DNA of 54,522 nucleotides, counting the filler, from Squatina squatina (taxonomy: Eukaryota), in NCBI GenBank assembly GCA_031763465.1. It is 2 parts of 2 records of this genome, joined end to end, with 100 filler letters (N's around TTAATTAATTAA, not from the genome) between each part and the next. Parts side by side here need not be neighbours in the genome. Positions count along the whole stretch, not along the records: positions 26,281 to 54,522 come from JARFOE010000219.1; 1 more part is not named here. One strand, written 5' to 3'. Below the pieces are notes generated by a model, which saw nothing but the letters and a program-made list of their open reading frames with translations, was not told the DNA's origin and did no database searches. The translations under genes and the position numbers were made by a program. Position 1 is the stretch's first letter; the number at the start of each line of letters is the position of its first letter. Positions 39,520 through 51,329 of the stretch are shown piece by piece.

Positions 39520-39680
39520 GAAAGAACTGGCTTTTATGTAGTGTCGTTCACGATCTCAGAATGTCCCAGAGCACTTTACAGCTAAATAAGTATTTTTGAT
39601 TTAAAATAGGAAACGTGGTAGCCAATTTGCACAGAGCCAGGACCCAAAAACAACAATGAGATAATGACCAGATAATATGG
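39520..39680 (-). mobile_element. SINE 3' tail fragment (same family as 35222-35470)
   Basis: 'gtcccagagcactttacagc..gtagccaatttgcacagagc..caatgagataatgaccagataat' is the reverse complement of the SINE tail. Confidence 0.55.
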
Positions 39681-40000
39681 CCCTGATATTTACAGGGAGG
39701 GTGCAGAGGAGCGTGGTAGTGGGGGGAAACCAAGAAAACCCGGGGAGGTCTCTCAATTTATTTTCCTCCCCCTGACTTTCTCCCGCCCGTTGTGAACAGG
39801 TTATTATCGAGGCCTATATTCCCGTAGCCATATTTTGTCTCTTTCCTTGCTGGGTTACTGTTTCTCTAAGCATGCTGAAACATCTTTGCTTTAAAATTGA
39901 AATGAGAGCCTTATTAAACAAATTTTAGCAAATATAAAGAAAGCCTATAGAAGCATGAATTTTCTTGTGCAATAAAAAACCCCCAAGAAATCCTCCTCAC

Positions 40001-40211
40001 CTGAAAGTTGTATCCTAGGTTGAGTCTGGCTTTCAGACATTCAGGATCTAAATGGAGTGCTTGAACAAAATCTTTTTGTGCTTGCTTTATTCCAGCTGCA
40101 TGACCAGAATCCATATATACGTTTCCACGTCCAATATAGGCATCCGTGAAAAATGGATCCCATTTCAGTGCTTGGTTGAAATTGTTTACAGCTTCTTCTA
40201 AATAGTAAAGT
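40001..40211 (-). CDS. TTC6: TTC6 TPR exon (acceptor position uncertain)
   Basis: LEEAVNNFNQALKWDPFFTDAYIGRGNVYMDSGHAAGIKQAQKDFVQALHLDPECLKARLNLGYNFQ, then GTGAG. It matches the recalled TTC6 motif DAYVGRGNSYMEYGH..KQAQKDFLKALH. Confidence 0.9.
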
Positions 40212-41308
40212 CTCAAACACATTGCATACAATAAAAAGTTGCTCATTCTTTGTAATGAGATACGTTACATTATTTACATTGAAAGGTACAACAGAATTCT
40301 GAAAATTTGCAATGTTTGTTAAGCAGTAGTGTACTTTAAAGCTTTATTCCTTCCATAGACTGAACAAAATCAGTTAATAGCACAGAACCACTTTATCAAT
40401 TAAACATTTCTACCTTGTACAGGTCATGGGGGTAGATTTTCAGCTGGCTGCCCATGCATTAGAACCACAGAAAAGATACAGCACAGAAGAGGGCCATTTG
40501 GCCCATCATGTATGTGCCNNNNNNNNNNNNNNNNNNNNNNNNNNNNNNNNNNNNNNNNNNNNNNNNNNNNNNNNNNNNNNNNNNNNNNNNNNNNNNNNNN
40601 NNNNNNNNNNNNNNNNNNTAATTTTACTTAAGCGATGTTTAGCATCGTTTTCTCCAAGGTGCTACGTGGCCCAATTTAATGCCCCTGCAGTTTAAAAGCA
40701 TTGCATGAAACTATGGCCACCACCCTGCTCTACTGCCTCTGTACACTGTACTGACTTCACAATGCCACTTTTATAGTGGGGTTGTTTCCTGAAGAAGGTA
40801 CAGGGGTGGAAACAGAAGAAAACTTTTGAGAACACATAACCATAACCACCCACGAGCATTTATATATGGTAGGGAGGCTCAGGATTAGTGGCCAAGGTCA
40901 GGGGTGGGTTGATGGGAGCAAAATCCTGACAGAATGTTTTGGGGCAGAATTGCAGCAGGACACCTCACTGTCCCATTTTTCTTTAGTTAGCACTGCTAAA
41001 ACAACTGAAAATAGGCAATTTCTGTGAGGAAAATCTAGGCTTTGGTCTGTATTTGAGCCAACTGCATGATAAAAGCTTCTAATTTTTTGGTAACACAGAT
41101 TTTTACAAATTAAAAATCTATAAACAAAGTCAATTACATTTCTAGTCATTATTCTCAAAACTTAGAAAATTAGCCAATACTTACAGATATCTGTAAATGA
41201 GATTTTTAAAATGTGGTGACATTGAATATTTGTTAACCAATGAATAATTTTGAGTAAATCTGAATGCAATTACCTGGAATCAATACATATATAGGTAAAT
41301 GTCAATAC

Positions 41309-41458
41309 CTCAAAGAGTTTGGGGTTGATTGCAAGGGCTCTGTGAAAATCGGAGACACAATTAACCTCATGAAGCCTCATTCTGCACAATCCTCGCTGAT
41401 AATAAGCTTTAGCAAAATTTGGGTACACTTTCAGTGCATTATTAAATGCATCCATTGC
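41309..41458 (-). CDS. TTC6: TTC6 TPR exon
   Basis: 150 nt, AG/GT: AMDAFNNALKVYPNFAKAYYQRGLCRMRLHEVNCVSDFHRALAINPKLFE. Confidence 0.85.
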
Positions 41459-41543
41459 CTAAAAAAATCAATCAAGAAAGCATTTTAAGTAATGACAAAA
41501 ATAATCAACACACATAGATCAAAATAAGGAATAATATTCTCAC

Positions 41544-41687
41544 CTCTATCAGTTTATCCTGTTCAGTGTAGCAAAGACCCATGAGATAATGTATTTCTGC
41601 ACTTTCTGTTAATTTGTTTGTAACTTCTTTTATTTCAGAAGTTTCAAGATTAAGATCCAAAACTTTCTGAAAGCTGATCAGTGCTTC
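41544..41687 (-). CDS. TTC6: TTC6 exon
   Basis: 144 nt, AG/GT: EALISFQKVLDLNLETSEIKEVTNKLTESAEIHYLMGLCYTEQDKLIE. Joins the next exon in phase 0 across an 85-nt intron. Confidence 0.8.
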
Positions 41688-41938
41688 CTACATTGCAAAC
41701 AGAAAATTTGGGATATAACATAAGCATTGGGATTACAAGCATTGATGCTAATATCGAACAATTTTTTTGTATTGTGGGAGAGAAGGGGAAGGGGAAGGTA
41801 GAGAGAGGTGTGGGGAAGGAGGAATGGGNNNNNNNNNNNNNNNNNNNNNNNNNNNNNNNNNNNNNNNNNNNNNNNNNNNNNNNNNNNNNNNNNNNNNNNN
41901 NNNNNNNNNNNNNNNNNNNNNNNNNNNNGTAGATTTAC

Positions 41939-42111
41939 CATCCGATAATCTTCCATAGCCAGAAGTAGATCATTGTTTCCTTCGTGCAGCTCAGCTCTCC
42001 TAAAATAGACGTCATCATCAGGTCTGCACTTGAGTCCATGAGAATAATTTATGATTGCCATTGTAATGTCCCCTTTTTTTCTATAAATATCTCCCTTTGA
42101 TGTGTAAGCAT
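41939..42111 (-). CDS. TTC6: TTC6 TPR exon
   Basis: 173 nt, AG/GT: (D)AYTSKGDIYRKKGDITMAIINYSHGLKCRPDDDVYFRRAELHEGNNDLLLAMEDYRM. Phase-compatible with the upstream exon. Confidence 0.85.
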
Positions 42112-42523
42112 CTACAGCAAAAAATGGATAGCATAGTAAATAACTTTATGTAAGCTAGATCAAATTTTGTGGAAGTAGTTTCCAAAATCTTCATACAGAA
42201 GAAATAAAGCCTTATTTTAATAACAGGAAATACAAAATGAAAAGAGAAAATTCTGATGAAAAGCTACAACCTTATGAAACTATATCTACACTTAGGATTA
42301 TTTTGTTCATATTGTTAATATTTTATTCCACATATTAATTCCAAGATGATACTTAATATTTGTTTGAAACTACTAATAATGCTAGAGAAATTATGTTTAT
42401 TTGTTTGTAATTATAAATCCTGCATAATTAAATATCTAAATGCATATTTTCTAGTTGTAAATATGATTGGACTGAACAATTCTGGCTAAATCTGAAAAGT
42501 ATAAAATAATTTAATTATCATAC

Positions 42524-42653
42524 CTGCATAATTTTTATTGTGCTTAAGCACAAAATTTAGATCATCTAGTGCAACAGATGTTTTCAACTGAAGAAGGTAA
42601 ATCAAATGTCTGTGCCAATAGGCATTTAGCAACATCGGTTCTAATTCAAGGGC
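42524..42653 (-). CDS. TTC6: TTC6 TPR exon
   Basis: 130 nt, AG/GT: ALELEPMLLNAYWHRHLIYLLQLKTSVALDDLNFVLKHNKNYA plus G. Confidence 0.85.
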
Positions 42654-43091
42654 CTAAACCAAAACCAATTAAATTATTATTTGAATGGAATTTTTGTTAT
42701 TTATATTTTCTGAGGATTTTGTAACTATTATTATCACTTGTGCAGCTTAGTGTTTCTTTTGAGCTCATTTTTGAGAACTGATGGTGGACCAGGGTCGTAC
42801 TGGGGCTTGCTGTCTTGAAAATGATTTTTTTCTAAGAAGTTCTGTACATGNNNNNNNNNNNNNNNNNNNNNNNNNNNNNNNNNNNNNNNNNNNNNNNNNN
42901 NNNNNNNNNNNNNNNNNNNNNNNNNNNNNNNNNNNNNNNNNNNNNNNNNNAAAACTCATCACTTCCTTCATCTGTTGGTTTTGTCTGGTATGTTGTAACA
43001 ACAAACTGTACTGCAATTTTGGAAAATTACATCTTTCATGACATTCAACTTTCAGCTAATAGAACGTATCACTCTGTTATGGTTCACCTAC

Positions 43092-43852
43092 CTCACTTTT
43101 ACTGCTGCCAAGCACTCTCTCCAAGAGTCCTTTCATCTTCTGGTCTGAAGCAGACTGGAGGGTGTTGTGGCTAGTAGACCGCAGTGAAGCAATGATTTCA
43201 TCAACAGATTTTGCCTTAGCTGGAAATATTTGCTGTAGTGCGGTCAGAGGCTGCTCCGGCTTGCTCAGTTGGAAGTTTCTTTCATATATTTTTGGTGCGT
43301 CTGGCATTGCGAGATATTCAGCCTCTTCCAACAGTTCTGAAACAGACCTCACAGCTTGAGAATGAATGGAATGAGCACCATCTTGTTTATCAAGCGGGAC
43401 ACCTGTATCATCTGGTGATATTTGTGTAGTCAGAGAAGGGGATTTGTTGAGATTTTTATTTTCAATATTTTGTTTGGTTATATCTGAAGAGAGGGTGTTA
43501 CTTCTTCCATCACTTTTACTGCTAGTTTTAACATTAGGAGTATGCAATCTTTTGCTCAAAGCAGAAACTTGACCCTTCTTTTCAGTAACAGAAGTACGTG
43601 CTTGTGGTTTAGAAGACTTCAACGAACCAAAGTGTTTTAAAGAAGTAGGTTTTGATGCTGGTTCAGGCCTCTTTTTCAAAGATAAACCTGTGACTGTACC
43701 AGTAATTGGGGCTATTGCTGATTTGAAAACAGCCTGTTTTCTACCATCTAGTTCATGCAGTTCTGTGCCTCTCACCAATATTTTTTTAATAGTTTTATGT
43801 CCCTTATCAACAACTAATCTCTTACTGTGTTTTGGAGAATTTGCTTTAGTCA
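43092..43852 (-). CDS. TTC6: Large S/K/T-rich exon, probably the TTC6 N-terminal non-TPR region (5' end in a gap)
   Basis: Stop-free for ~253 codons from the gap edge to a GAG|GTAGGT donor. Includes SVDEIIASLRS..SASDQKMKGLLERVLG. Same strand as, and upstream of, the TPR exons. Confidence 0.65.
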
Positions 43853-46143
43853 NNNNNNNNNNNNNNNNNNNNNNNNNNNNNNNNNNNNNNNNNNNNNNNN
43901 NNNNNNNNNNNNNNNNNNNNNNNNNNNNNNNNNNNNNNNNNNNNNNNNNNNNNNNNNNNNNNNNNNNNNNNNNNNNNNNNNNNNNNNNNNNNNNNNNNNN
44001 NNNNNNNNNNNNNNNNNNNNNNNNNNNNNNNNNNNNNNNNNNNNNNNNNNNNNNNNNNNNNNNNNNNNNNNNNNNNNNNNNNNNNNNNNNNNNNNNNNNN
44101 NNNNNNNNNNNNNNNNNNNNNNNNNNNNNNNNNNNNNNNNNNNNNNNNNNNNNNNNNNNNNNNNNNNNNNNNNNNNNNNNNNNNNNNNNNNNNNNNNNNN
44201 NNNNNNNNNNNNNNNNNNNNNNNNNNNNNNNNNNNNNNNNNNNNNNNNNNNNNNNNNNNNNNNNNNNNNNNNNNNNNNNNNNNNNNNNNNNNNNNNNNNN
44301 NNNNNNNNNNNNNNNNNNNNNNNNNNNNNNNNNNNNNNNNNNNNNNNNNNNNNNNNNNNNNNNNNNNNNNNNNNAGGTACGTGAATCTGGGGCGCAACCA
44401 GTTATAGCTAAAACCTGATGTTAAAACAGCAGTTAAGGGCCTGTAAACGAGCATTTATGTACCACAATGAGGTATCCGGCTTCTCTTTAGCGGGTCTGTG
44501 GCGTGTCTCGAATGCGTCCCAATGAAAGGCGAAAGTCGGTGGGATGACGGCGAGTTCCCAACGTGCTGTCAATTTCTGCGCTTTTAACCGCTGACTTGCC
44601 CCCAAACCTGCACGCTCTCAAATGTGAAAATTCCGGCCCAGATCTTTAAAGACTGGAATCCCCTTCGCCCCCACCCCACCCTCCTTCATTCTGCATGCTC
44701 GGAAATGTTGAGTTGAGTGCAGGAAAAAATTGAGAAACTCCACTGTCATTAAAGGTGAGCCCTTCTGAAAAATCTGTGACACAGATAGCTCTGGTTAGCT
44801 AGCCCATAGGATGTCTGATAGATGGTGAAGCCTTGTAACCAAGTACAGGTGATGCATTGATAACAAAAAGTCACTTATGGATATGCAGATATATCACTAA
44901 AGTCAACAAAGATATTTTTCAAGCTGCCTCTGCTCACCGAGATGCTGAGAATAGTTATTTTCTAATTTATGTTGCATGACTTCTGTTATGGTCTGGTGCC
45001 CAGTAGTACTGTAGCATTAGCAGCCCCAAGCAATAATTCCATCCCCTTGGATAACTTTTGAGAGATTACAATGACGTGCTTTTCCCAGTTGAGCAATTAA
45101 GAAGCTATGGTTCAATACATCAAATTCAGNNNNNNNNNNNNNNNNNNNNNNNNNNNNNNNNNNNNNNNNNNNNNNNNNNNNNNNNNNNNNNNNNNNNNNN
45201 NNNNNNNNNNNNNNNNNNNNNNNNNNNNNAAAAAGTCGAAGGGCAATTTTGATTTGTTAATAAACAATAACCCTCGTGTTATTTTGTATTGGAGGTCGAA
45301 AACTATATTGGCAAATGTACATTGCAAAGGCCAAATAACACAATGCATGTAAAGCTTGTCTAAGAATGTCTGCTAGTAGTCACAACAGACAAACTTGTAC
45401 TTCTGCACTTATGTCATTCCTTTCACATATAAATAACTTACTTGAATTAGAATGATCCAATTAATTTTGCAACATTGTTAACAAAATCCACCTCGTGCAT
45501 ATTGCTCTTTAGATGCAAATGAGACCTTTCTGAAACCGTCAGCGTCCCCGGAGTCGCTCACTCCAGATGGATAGTTCCTATTCTCAGATTTACGTTGACT
45601 CCATTCTCTGCTGATTATTGCCGGTGCTGCTCCTTAATTACTGGAAACTATTTTTACAGGTAATCCGTAGAACTGCTATAAATTATACTTGTGAATTAAC
45701 CTGTTTATTTACAGTCAGTTGATTTTCTTCCTTTAAACGGTGGCGGTGGTGGTGTATATTTATACACGTGTATAAATACGTGTATTTTTCAGGCATGGTT
45801 TTCTGATCCTACCGTTGAAAGATATACTTTGTATTTAGGAGATGTNNNNNNNNNNNNNNNNNNNNNNNNNNNNNNNNNNNNNNNNNNNNNNNNNNNNNNN
45901 NNNNNNNNNNNNNNNNNNNNNNNNNNNNNNNNNNNNNNNNNNNNNNNNNNNNNNNNNNNNNNNNNNNNNNNNNNNNNNNNNNNNNNNNNNNNNNNNNNNN
46001 NNNNNNNNNNNNNNNNNNNNNNNNNNNNNNNNNNNNNNNNNNNNNNNNNNNNNNNNNNNNNNNNNNNNNNNNNNNNNNNNNNNNNNNNNNNNNNNNNNNN
46101 NNNNNNNNNNNNNNNNNNNNNNNNNNNNNNNNNNNNNNNNNNN

Positions 46144-46215
46144 TCATCTGCAAATTTTGAAATTGTGTCCTGTACAACCAAAGCCAAGTCATTAATAAAA
46201 ATGAAGAAAAGTCGC
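46144..46215 (-). mobile_element. CR1 RT fragment
   Basis: LFFIFINDLALVVQDTISKFAD(D). Confidence 0.7.
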
Positions 46216-48906
46216 GAAACTCCAGCGGCTGGCACTGGTTAAAAGAGGCCAAGTGTGCGAAGTTGGACGGTAGGGATATGCTCTTGGACCCAGTCCTTGA
46301 TCATCAATGTACTTAAACACTGAGACTATAGAGGACCAGCATGTTAGCAATATTTTCCCTATACAGTATTTTTTTTAATGTTACCAAAACACATAGAAAG
46401 GGTGCAATCATAATGCCAAAGAGAACTGTGTATGCGGATTCAATAAACTGACAAGACTTGGTAGATTTTATTTCACAAAATTTACACGTTCTTAGTTTCC
46501 TGAGGATGAGTTGTGAAGACTATTTATTGGTTTGAAGTCCACGCTCGTGGGATGTACCAGATCTGCTCCTGACACCGTTGGCAAAGCACGTACAGATTCA
46601 TTTCTGAATCGCTTCGTTGAACAACACACCTTCACTCGGATCCGCGTTAGGTGACCGTTTAACTGTGCCCTTTTCGCAGACCTAAATTGCAGTCATGACA
46701 ATAACAAATGGACTAGAAATAGCTTCCTTCCACAATATTACTTCAGTCCAAAATGTAGTATTTTTTAATGAAAATAACGAGAGCTCCTTGGTAAAATAAA
46801 AATGACCATGGTGTTCTTTTAGCCTTCCCTTACAGAGAGAAAATCGAATCAATCTCTTCGCATTTCACAAAATGTTCGTGCTTCTGACAAAAGTTCAAAT
46901 ATTACATTCTGGTTATTTAAAGAAGTAAAACGCCAAGGCCTGGTCTCTGATCAACCCTTCCCACCAATACTTTATAAAGGGCCAAGTAAACGGGCGCTTG
47001 CTCTGGTGGGGTTTCAATCTCCACAAAATTTCAGATGAAAATAAACGGCGCACAATTAGGCTAAAATAATTTCAAAACACTGAGCAAATCACGTCAAAGA
47101 AGGCGGTATATACAAAGTAAAAAGACAGACTATTTAGCTTTCATTAGACTATTTACACTTTGACTCCCCGATATGCGAGATTTTGAAGCACGTGTTGCCA
47201 GCCGCAGGTCCCAGTTTTCTCTCTCGTGCTGTATTTGGGACCCAGCTCACGGGCGGAGCGGCAAACTTCTTGCTGACGACAGAGAGAGAGAAAGGAGGGA
47301 GTCCAGAACTGTTCATTTTGTTCGGGTTAACATCCCTGCTCCAAAAGCTGTCCCGTTGCTAGGCGCTACAGAAAGCCAGCGCACAAGCTGAAGCTTCAGT
47401 TATTGATGACTTGGAGCGAGGGCTGTTGCCGGCTGCAAACTCCAAAAGAGGGTAACCCGAGGTACGTGATCTTGAATGCAAACTATTCTTCCATTCTGCA
47501 TTTTTACGACCTATCGCGACGGNNNNNNNNNNNNNNNNNNNNNNNNNNNNNNNNNNNNNNNNNNNNNNNNNNNNNNNNNNNNNNNNNNNNNNNNNNNNNN
47601 NNNNNNNNNNNNNNNNNNNNNNAAGAAGGACGAAGAATGCGTTTATTTACACCATTCCTCAAAGACGTCACACTACAGAGTAAATTCTACCTCAGGCTAA
47701 TTACATCTGCCACTTTCAGTCCGATTCGTCTCTTTCAGGGTAGGAATGTCGCTCAGCCTAATACCTTATTAAACAGACATTTGTTTAGATTTCTAAATGA
47801 ACAACAGACGGAAAGGTCCATCGCCCTTTATAGTCTGTCCACCATGTGGGGCTCAGATTGCAGCTCACATAACCGTGTAATTTAACGAATTGCCTGGGAT
47901 CAGGGCTGAATTCCCCAGAAATAATTTGTTTTTGGAATGCTACCGTTATTGATTGAGATAAGATATTTTGCTGGTCCAAAGGTTTGCTAACAGTGCTATC
48001 GCTAGACAGGCTGCCAGACCAACTATCTCTTTTACAGTTGACTGATTTACCGGAGTAATGCATTTTACCAATCGTTCCAACCTTTAGCATGTATTTCAGC
48101 AAGCCAATACTTAAATAAAATAAAAAAGACTTACTAAATTTGTAAAATAGATAATTATCAACCAGGAAGGCAAGGTGAATGCTGTGGCTGTCATCAAATA
48201 ATTAGTGGAAAAGATCATGCCCATCACTAATTACTGTTAATGGTCGCTCATGAAATAAGTAATAACATTCCTAAATATAGTCCATAATGAGAAAAATAAC
48301 TTGTTGGCTAAGTCGTGCAATTGTTGCACTGACACACCTGGTTCTGGCACACAAGGGTTTTATTCCAAAGTTAGCATTAAAAATTACTTATGGAGAACAT
48401 AGATTAGTATTAACATATTTGTGTCAACTATGGGCACAGATATATTACAAGTACTAGTTTAAGACTGTTGTCACGAGTGTTTACACATGCAGAGCTCTGC
48501 TCACTGATATCCAAATGTTAGTTCAATTCTAAATGTAATTGAAGAGCCAATGGGATAGTCAGTTCCTTGCCAACGTTAAAAAAAAATGTTACTTCTACAC
48601 CTTTTAATGTTGGAAACTGCCTGGAAACACTTTAAGGTTCGCTCCAAGCTAGTTAAATTAGACAGCATCCAGTGCAAAGGCAAAGTGGTGTCAAACTACC
48701 TGCAAAAGGTCTTTGGGCATAGAATGCTAGAATGGTACATCACAGAATGAAGCCATTCGGCCCATCATGCCTANNNNNNCAACACTTCCTCACTCACGCA
48801 GGCTCCATTCTATCTTCCTCACTGTACTTCAGCCAGAGTGCATCCGCGCTGGGATTTTATTTTGGGGGCAAGCTTTGATGTTGGTTTATTGTACTCTGCC
48901 TCCATG

Positions 48907-48978
48907 ATGTTAGGTACGGTGAAGATGGAAGGACACGAAGCTTCCGAGTGGAGCAGTTACTACGGGGAACCGCAGGAG
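48907..48978 (+). CDS. FOXA1: FOXA1 coding exon 1 (alternative in-frame ATG at 48904)
   Basis: [24 protein letters not shown] followed by [19 protein letters not shown] is FOXA1-type. Confidence 0.95.
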
Positions 48979-49638
48979 GTAAGTACAAGTAACAGTTGTA
49001 CCTTATTTTGAGGTGAGCGCTTGCGATCATCAACTAATAGGCATATTTCGAGCGCTGGATTAGTAAATGTCTTACTTTCAAGCCATATTTACAGCTCCTT
49101 GTTTTCAAAATTGGGACAGTGTTCAGTCGAAGTAACTCTAGCGGATGTTATGTGGGCGTTTATGGTGTCTCAAAATGAAGGGATACCAACCCGTAACGCT
49201 AATAAAACTCATTCGTTTTGTTCATTTGTGTACTCGATGCAGGAGGTTATGAACCAGCCTCAAAGTTATTGACCACGCGGTGGCAACAGAGAGGGGAGCT
49301 GGGAGCTGCCCGCTGCCGCCACACGGTTTATAGGACCGGCGAGAGATCAGAGGGGGAATCTTAACAAGTCATCACCAATAACCAGTAGCGCTATTGTATT
49401 TATTACTCTTATACCAGAGAGAAAGCTGCTGCAACTTTGTACTTTATATTAAGAGGCGTGGCTTTCTCACCTAATTTTACTTAAATGAGTCCGAAGGTTT
49501 TTTTTCCCCTCTCTATTAGCGTGTTGTAAAAGTTTCCCGTCAAAATAGCTGGTGACCAAAGTGTAGAGAGTTCTGAATAAAGAAAACAAAAGTTGCCATT
49601 CTGACCGGTCAGACTAAGATCTTCCTTTCATTGTGCAG

Positions 49639-50869
49639 GCCTATTCAGCGGTACCAGTGAACAGCATGAACCCGGGACTGGCCAACCTGAACAGCATGAA
49701 CACCTACATGAGCATGAACACCATGGGCTCCGGCNNNNNNNNNNNNNNNNNNNNNNNNNNNNNNNNNNNNNNNNNNNNNNNNNNNNNNNNNNNNNNNNNN
49801 NNNNNNNNNNNNNNNNNNNNNNNNNNNNNNNNNNNNNNNNNNNNNNNNNNNNNNNNNNNNNNNNNNNNNNNNNNNNNNNNNNNNNNNNNNNNNNNNNNNN
49901 NNNNNNNNNNNNNNNNNNNNNNNNNNNNNNNNNNNNNNNNNNNNNNNNNNNNNNNNNNNNNNNNNNNNNNNNNNNNNNNNNNNNNNNNNNNNNNNNNNNN
50001 NNNNNNNNNNNNNNNNNNNNNNNNNNNNNNNNNNNNNNNNNNNNNNNNNNNNNNNNNNNNNNNNNNNNNNNNNNNNNNNNNNNNNNNNNNNNNNNNNNNN
50101 NNNNNNNNNNNNNNNNNNNNNNNNNNNNNNNNNNNNNNNNNNNNNNNNNNNNNNNNNNNNNNNNNNNNNNNNNNNNNNNNNNNNNNNNNNNNNNNNNNNN
50201 NNNNNNNCCCGCTCGCCGGACAAGCCGGGCAAGGGCTCCTACTGGACGCTGCACCCCGACTCGGGCAACATGTTCGAGAACGGCTGCTACCTGCGGCGCC
50301 AGAAGCGCTTCAAGTGCGACAAGAAGTCGGCGCTGAAAGGTGGCGGCGGGGCGGCGGACGGAGGCAGGAAAGAGCCGGGCTCCTCCTCGTCCTCCTCGTC
50401 CTCCCCGACCGGCGGCACGGCCGCCCTCAGCGACTCCAACTCGGCCCCCAGCCCGGACCCAGCGCCGCCGCACCCTGACATCAAGCGGTCGCTCGGCTCG
50501 GCCTCGGCGTCGGCCGGCGGGGGCCCGCTCAGCCCGCACTCTCACCCGCAGCCGCACCCCGGGCACCCCCTGGGACCCATGTCGGCGGCCGACTCGCAGC
50601 AGGTCCACCAGCTGAAGGCCGACCCGCACTACTCCTTCAACCACCCCTTCTCCATCAACCACCTCCTGTCGTCCGAGCAGCAGCATCACCACAAGATGGA
50701 CTTGAAGGCCTACGAGCAGGCCATGCACTACTCCAGCTACGGGGGCAGCATGGCCAGCGGGCTGGCCCTCGGCTCAATGGGCAAGAGCGGCATGGAGCCC
50801 TCGGTCCTGGCCAGCGAAGCGTCCTATTACCAAGGTGTGTATTCCAGACCTGTTCTGAACACTTCCTAG
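49639..50869 (+). CDS. FOXA1: FOXA1 coding exon 2 (most of the forkhead domain in the gap 49735-50207)
   Basis: [29 protein letters not shown]..; [63 protein letters not shown]. The frame offset across the gap means the gap length is inexact. CpG-rich. Confidence 0.95.
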
Positions 50870-51329
50870 TCTTGCACCAAAAACAAAAGAAGCTAAAGCC
50901 GTCATATAATAAGAAACACTTTTCCCTCTTTGGGATTGCACCTTGCGTGCAAAGACTGTTACTTTATAACATTTATATATTAAATGTGGTATTTTTTTTG
51001 GACAAGATTTAAACAAAGAAAACATTAAATCTAGATTATTACCACCATTTAGAATGTTAATTAGGATTAATGAGAAATCATTGAGCACATTCCAAAGCAG
51101 TGTGTACCCTCGTCATGGAATGCTTCCTAGGAGGGGCACCAGAATGAACAACTATCAGACTGTTTACTTTTGTATGTTACTTTCGCATCAAAACAACGGA
51201 AGCATCATTGGGTCAATAATTAAGGAACCATATTTGGCCATCAAGAGAGATGGTCTCAACACTGAGTTCAACAATTTCAGATCATAACTACGGCTCCCGT
51301 TTTTTCAGACAGCAGCTGCTGGTAATGAC

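Noticed and set aside
42249-42290. Second hammerhead-like CTGATGA...GAAA
   Set aside because: Stem I and stem II pairing is poor; probably chance in AT-rich intron.
48713-48779. Treating sequence upstream of the 6-N gap as the FOXA1 proximal promoter
   Set aside because: It ends in an inverted LINE tail right at the gap, so contiguity with the 5' UTR is unproven.
49735-50207. Apparent frameshift in FOXA1
   Set aside because: The frame changes inside an N gap of estimated length; both flanks are intact.
49628-50728. 366-aa antisense ORF over FOXA1 exon 2
   Set aside because: A shadow of the GC-rich FOXA1 codon usage plus the N gap.
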